Shown here: positions 61,725 to 64,000 of the stretch, one piece after another | How the letters are laid out: every line of letters starts with the position of its first letter | Position numbering within the stretch: the stretch's first letter is position 1 | Position numbers and translations under genes: made by a program | Source: Hypanus sabinus | Lineage: Eukaryota | Length of the DNA: 64,000 nucleotides | Assembly: GCF_030144855.1 (NCBI RefSeq) | Contig: NC_082721.1 | Location: 41,354,001 to 41,418,000, forward strand | Direction: 5' to 3' | The notes under the pieces: generated by a model | The model's input: only the letters and a program-made list of their open reading frames with translations | The model's database searches: none | Told to the model about the DNA's origin: nothing

Positions 61725-64000
61725 AAGTGTACTGTATATACAAAAAGAAAAAACAGTGCAAAGTTCTTTACATTCTTAGTAACATTTGCATTGAGTGGTG
61801 TTAACATTTATCATTTTAACATAGCAACATTGTCATCACTTGGCCTTCAGGCGATAACCCCTTTCATTATTTGAGGAGCTTCCCCACCATACCTAGATCC
61901 TCACTGTCCGGGGCAGAATATTTTGTTCTTGGGAGGTGCGGTAGAAGAAGCAAAATGGAGTTGCAGCAGCGCATGTTGTATCTTCCTGACAGTCGTGGAG
62001 ACCTAGAGTGTGAGACAGCCTCCATATCTGCCTTGTAACAGTAACTGCACAAAAACACTGTTACAAGGTTACAAGGAAGTTCCATTGTTAATGATCCCTA
62101 AGTTCTTTCTCAGTTCAAGTACATGTAGTTGATGTGAGTCAGCCAATGGACACTGGCATCACAAGAGATGTTCAGATGTCACTGGATCGTGAAGGGAATT
62201 CCGACAGACCCTGAATAATAACGACCCTTTTTTACACAATTAGGGTTGTGAGGCATCACCCTGAGCAGAGTCAGTTTGAATAATCCGTGGAATTTTAATT
62301 TTGGGGAGCAAGATTGTATAATTTGGAAGGATGCCAGGAGTATTGTTAGCAAGTTGGCTTTTCAGGAATTTCTTAAAAACTGTACTGAAGGTAAAAAATT
62401 TTCAGTGAGGCTGAATCAAAGCTTGGGTACCCTGAAAGATTTGAGCCCCTGATCACCAAGTAAATCTGGTAGACAGAATGAAGTGAAGGACTGGACTGGA
62501 AGTCGTTGCCTGTGGTTTTCATGTGGTTGAGGTTGCAATGAAGAAGTGGATCAAGATTCCAAAGGTAAGGGCAGTTGTTGTGGAACTTGGTAGAATGGAA
62601 ATGGTGAGGTGTTGAGTCTTGATGGATGAACAGTATAGTTGAACTTACCTGAAAAAAAAAACTGATTAAGTGCATCATTTAAGGATAACTACATGAGTTT
62701 GTCATGTAAGTTCACACTTGAAGTGTTGGTGGTAGTCCTATATCTCATGGAACTTTAGAACAAAGCTCCTGACAGGAATATAGATCTGATAAGATTCAGC
62801 CTATTGTGACTTTACATACCAGTAGCTCTTTGTGACAAGTTAGAAACTGAAGAATGAGGGCCCTGCATTGGTACATCTAGTTTATGAAGCCATCTTTTTC
62901 ACAGCAAGAAACAAACTTCTGGGGAGGTCTTCAGTGGGTCAAGGAATATCTGTGGAGACAAAAGGGTAGTCATCCTTTCAGGTCAAGTCCTTAAGTCAGG
63001 AAGCTTGTGTCTCCAGTCTCTTTTACAGTCCTTTCATTGTAACTATGGTCAGAACACTATTGTTTTTGGCCTAGAAACCAGTCATGAGATACAGAGATTT
63101 TCTTTTGTTGATGCTTTCAGCAGATTCTCAAACTGCTTTCAAAATGTTCCACAGCACATCTTTTTCCTGACAGCTGATAAACATGTGGTAGTTATTGGCT
63201 GTGACCTTTCAAGCAATACTTGTTGCAGATGCTGTGGCTGCTAATCTTAATGCCATTCATTTCTGTAGGAAATCTGCCCAGTTCTCCCTCCTTCCCCCCA
63301 CCATTCTTCTTTCAACTTGAATGTTGAGGGTGTAAGTCTTCCTTTGAGCTACAGCTCTGTGGTGATGGCTTTTATGGAAATACATGTCAAATCAAATGGG
63401 ATCTTCCTATTCCTTTTGATTCAGAATGACATCCATTTATCTCACCCTTTGAGGAATCGCGCCGTTGTCATAGAACCTTAAGCCGAAAGGTGACTTTCGG
63501 ATGACTTTCCATCAAAGCCCTGCCTCAGAGTTTTTAGGGAGCAAAAGGGAGGCAAGGATGTTGGTTCAGGCAGTAGAGGAGGTCACTTGACATAGCATGC
63601 CAGCACTTTGAATGAGCTGTCAAGTTCCCAGTCCTCTCTTCCCATGTCCCTGCAATATTCCCCTTTCAACAATATATTCTTTTTTTTTTTGCATCACGTT
63701 TTCAGTGAGCACGCTCCAGGCCATAACAACATACTGTGTTATAAATATGCAAACATCACAGCTGTTTGTAATTCATTCTGTTGCTACTTTAAATCACCAC
63801 CATCCCGTTACCTACTCCATTGCCTTTAGAACATATTTTTGAAATACAAATAATTTTGATCACCTTAACTAGACCTCCCCTTAGCCTTTTCTGCTTTAAG
63901 GAAACCAAATCATCATCTCTATATTCAACATTCCATTTAATAAATCCCTTCTGCATTCCAGGATTTTGATATTCTTGTTGAACTGTGATGCAACTTATAA

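Noticed and set aside
61851-62038. About 62-codon phase-1-compatible frame after ttcag, considered as the next exon
   Set aside because: Weak pyrimidine tract, no good donor before the stop, no recognisable domain, and it lies in what may be an old repeat's 3' region.
62100-63450. Possible very old mobile-element remnant
   Set aside because: I could not read any diagnostic motif in six frames; left unannotated.
1-64000. CRISPR arrays, operons, retrons or other prokaryotic systems suggested by the many RT fragments
   Set aside because: There are no regularly spaced repeats or gene-dense blocks; all RT peptides belong to eukaryotic CR1, Rex1/Babar, Penelope or Gypsy elements.

Overview
This is eukaryotic, repeat-dense, almost entirely non-coding DNA. 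The repeat families (HE1/V-SINE-like and Deu-domain SINEs, CR1 and Rex1/Babar LINEs, Penelope-like elements) point to a cartilaginous fish, probably a ray; this is inferred from repeat content only. No prokaryotic features are present. The only convincing host-gene signal is a 174-bp plus-strand exon at 52376-52549 that encodes a classical signal peptide (MSVPRMLLLTHLIMPAVVFLTALLSSVLA|DTTIE) and ends in a phase-1 donor. The window is therefore probably the upstream/intronic part of a large gene for a secreted or cell-surface protein that I cannot name; the ORF track misses this exon. The rest is layered transposon debris: many 5'-truncated Rex1/Babar and CR1 LINEs (one young copy of each with a long open frame), three Gypsy relics (one a 1.3-kb two-LTR miniature), a Tigger-type MITE carrying a SINE, and a Tc1 end. 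More than ten Penelope-like termini carry minimal hammerhead-ribozyme motifs, two with an intact catalytic core, and several form palindromic head-to-head insertions. A few unique stretches look like enhancers, notably five TCACAAAG motifs within the first 870 bp. Repeat boundaries were read by eye and are approximate unless a TSD, TIR or LTR end is cited.
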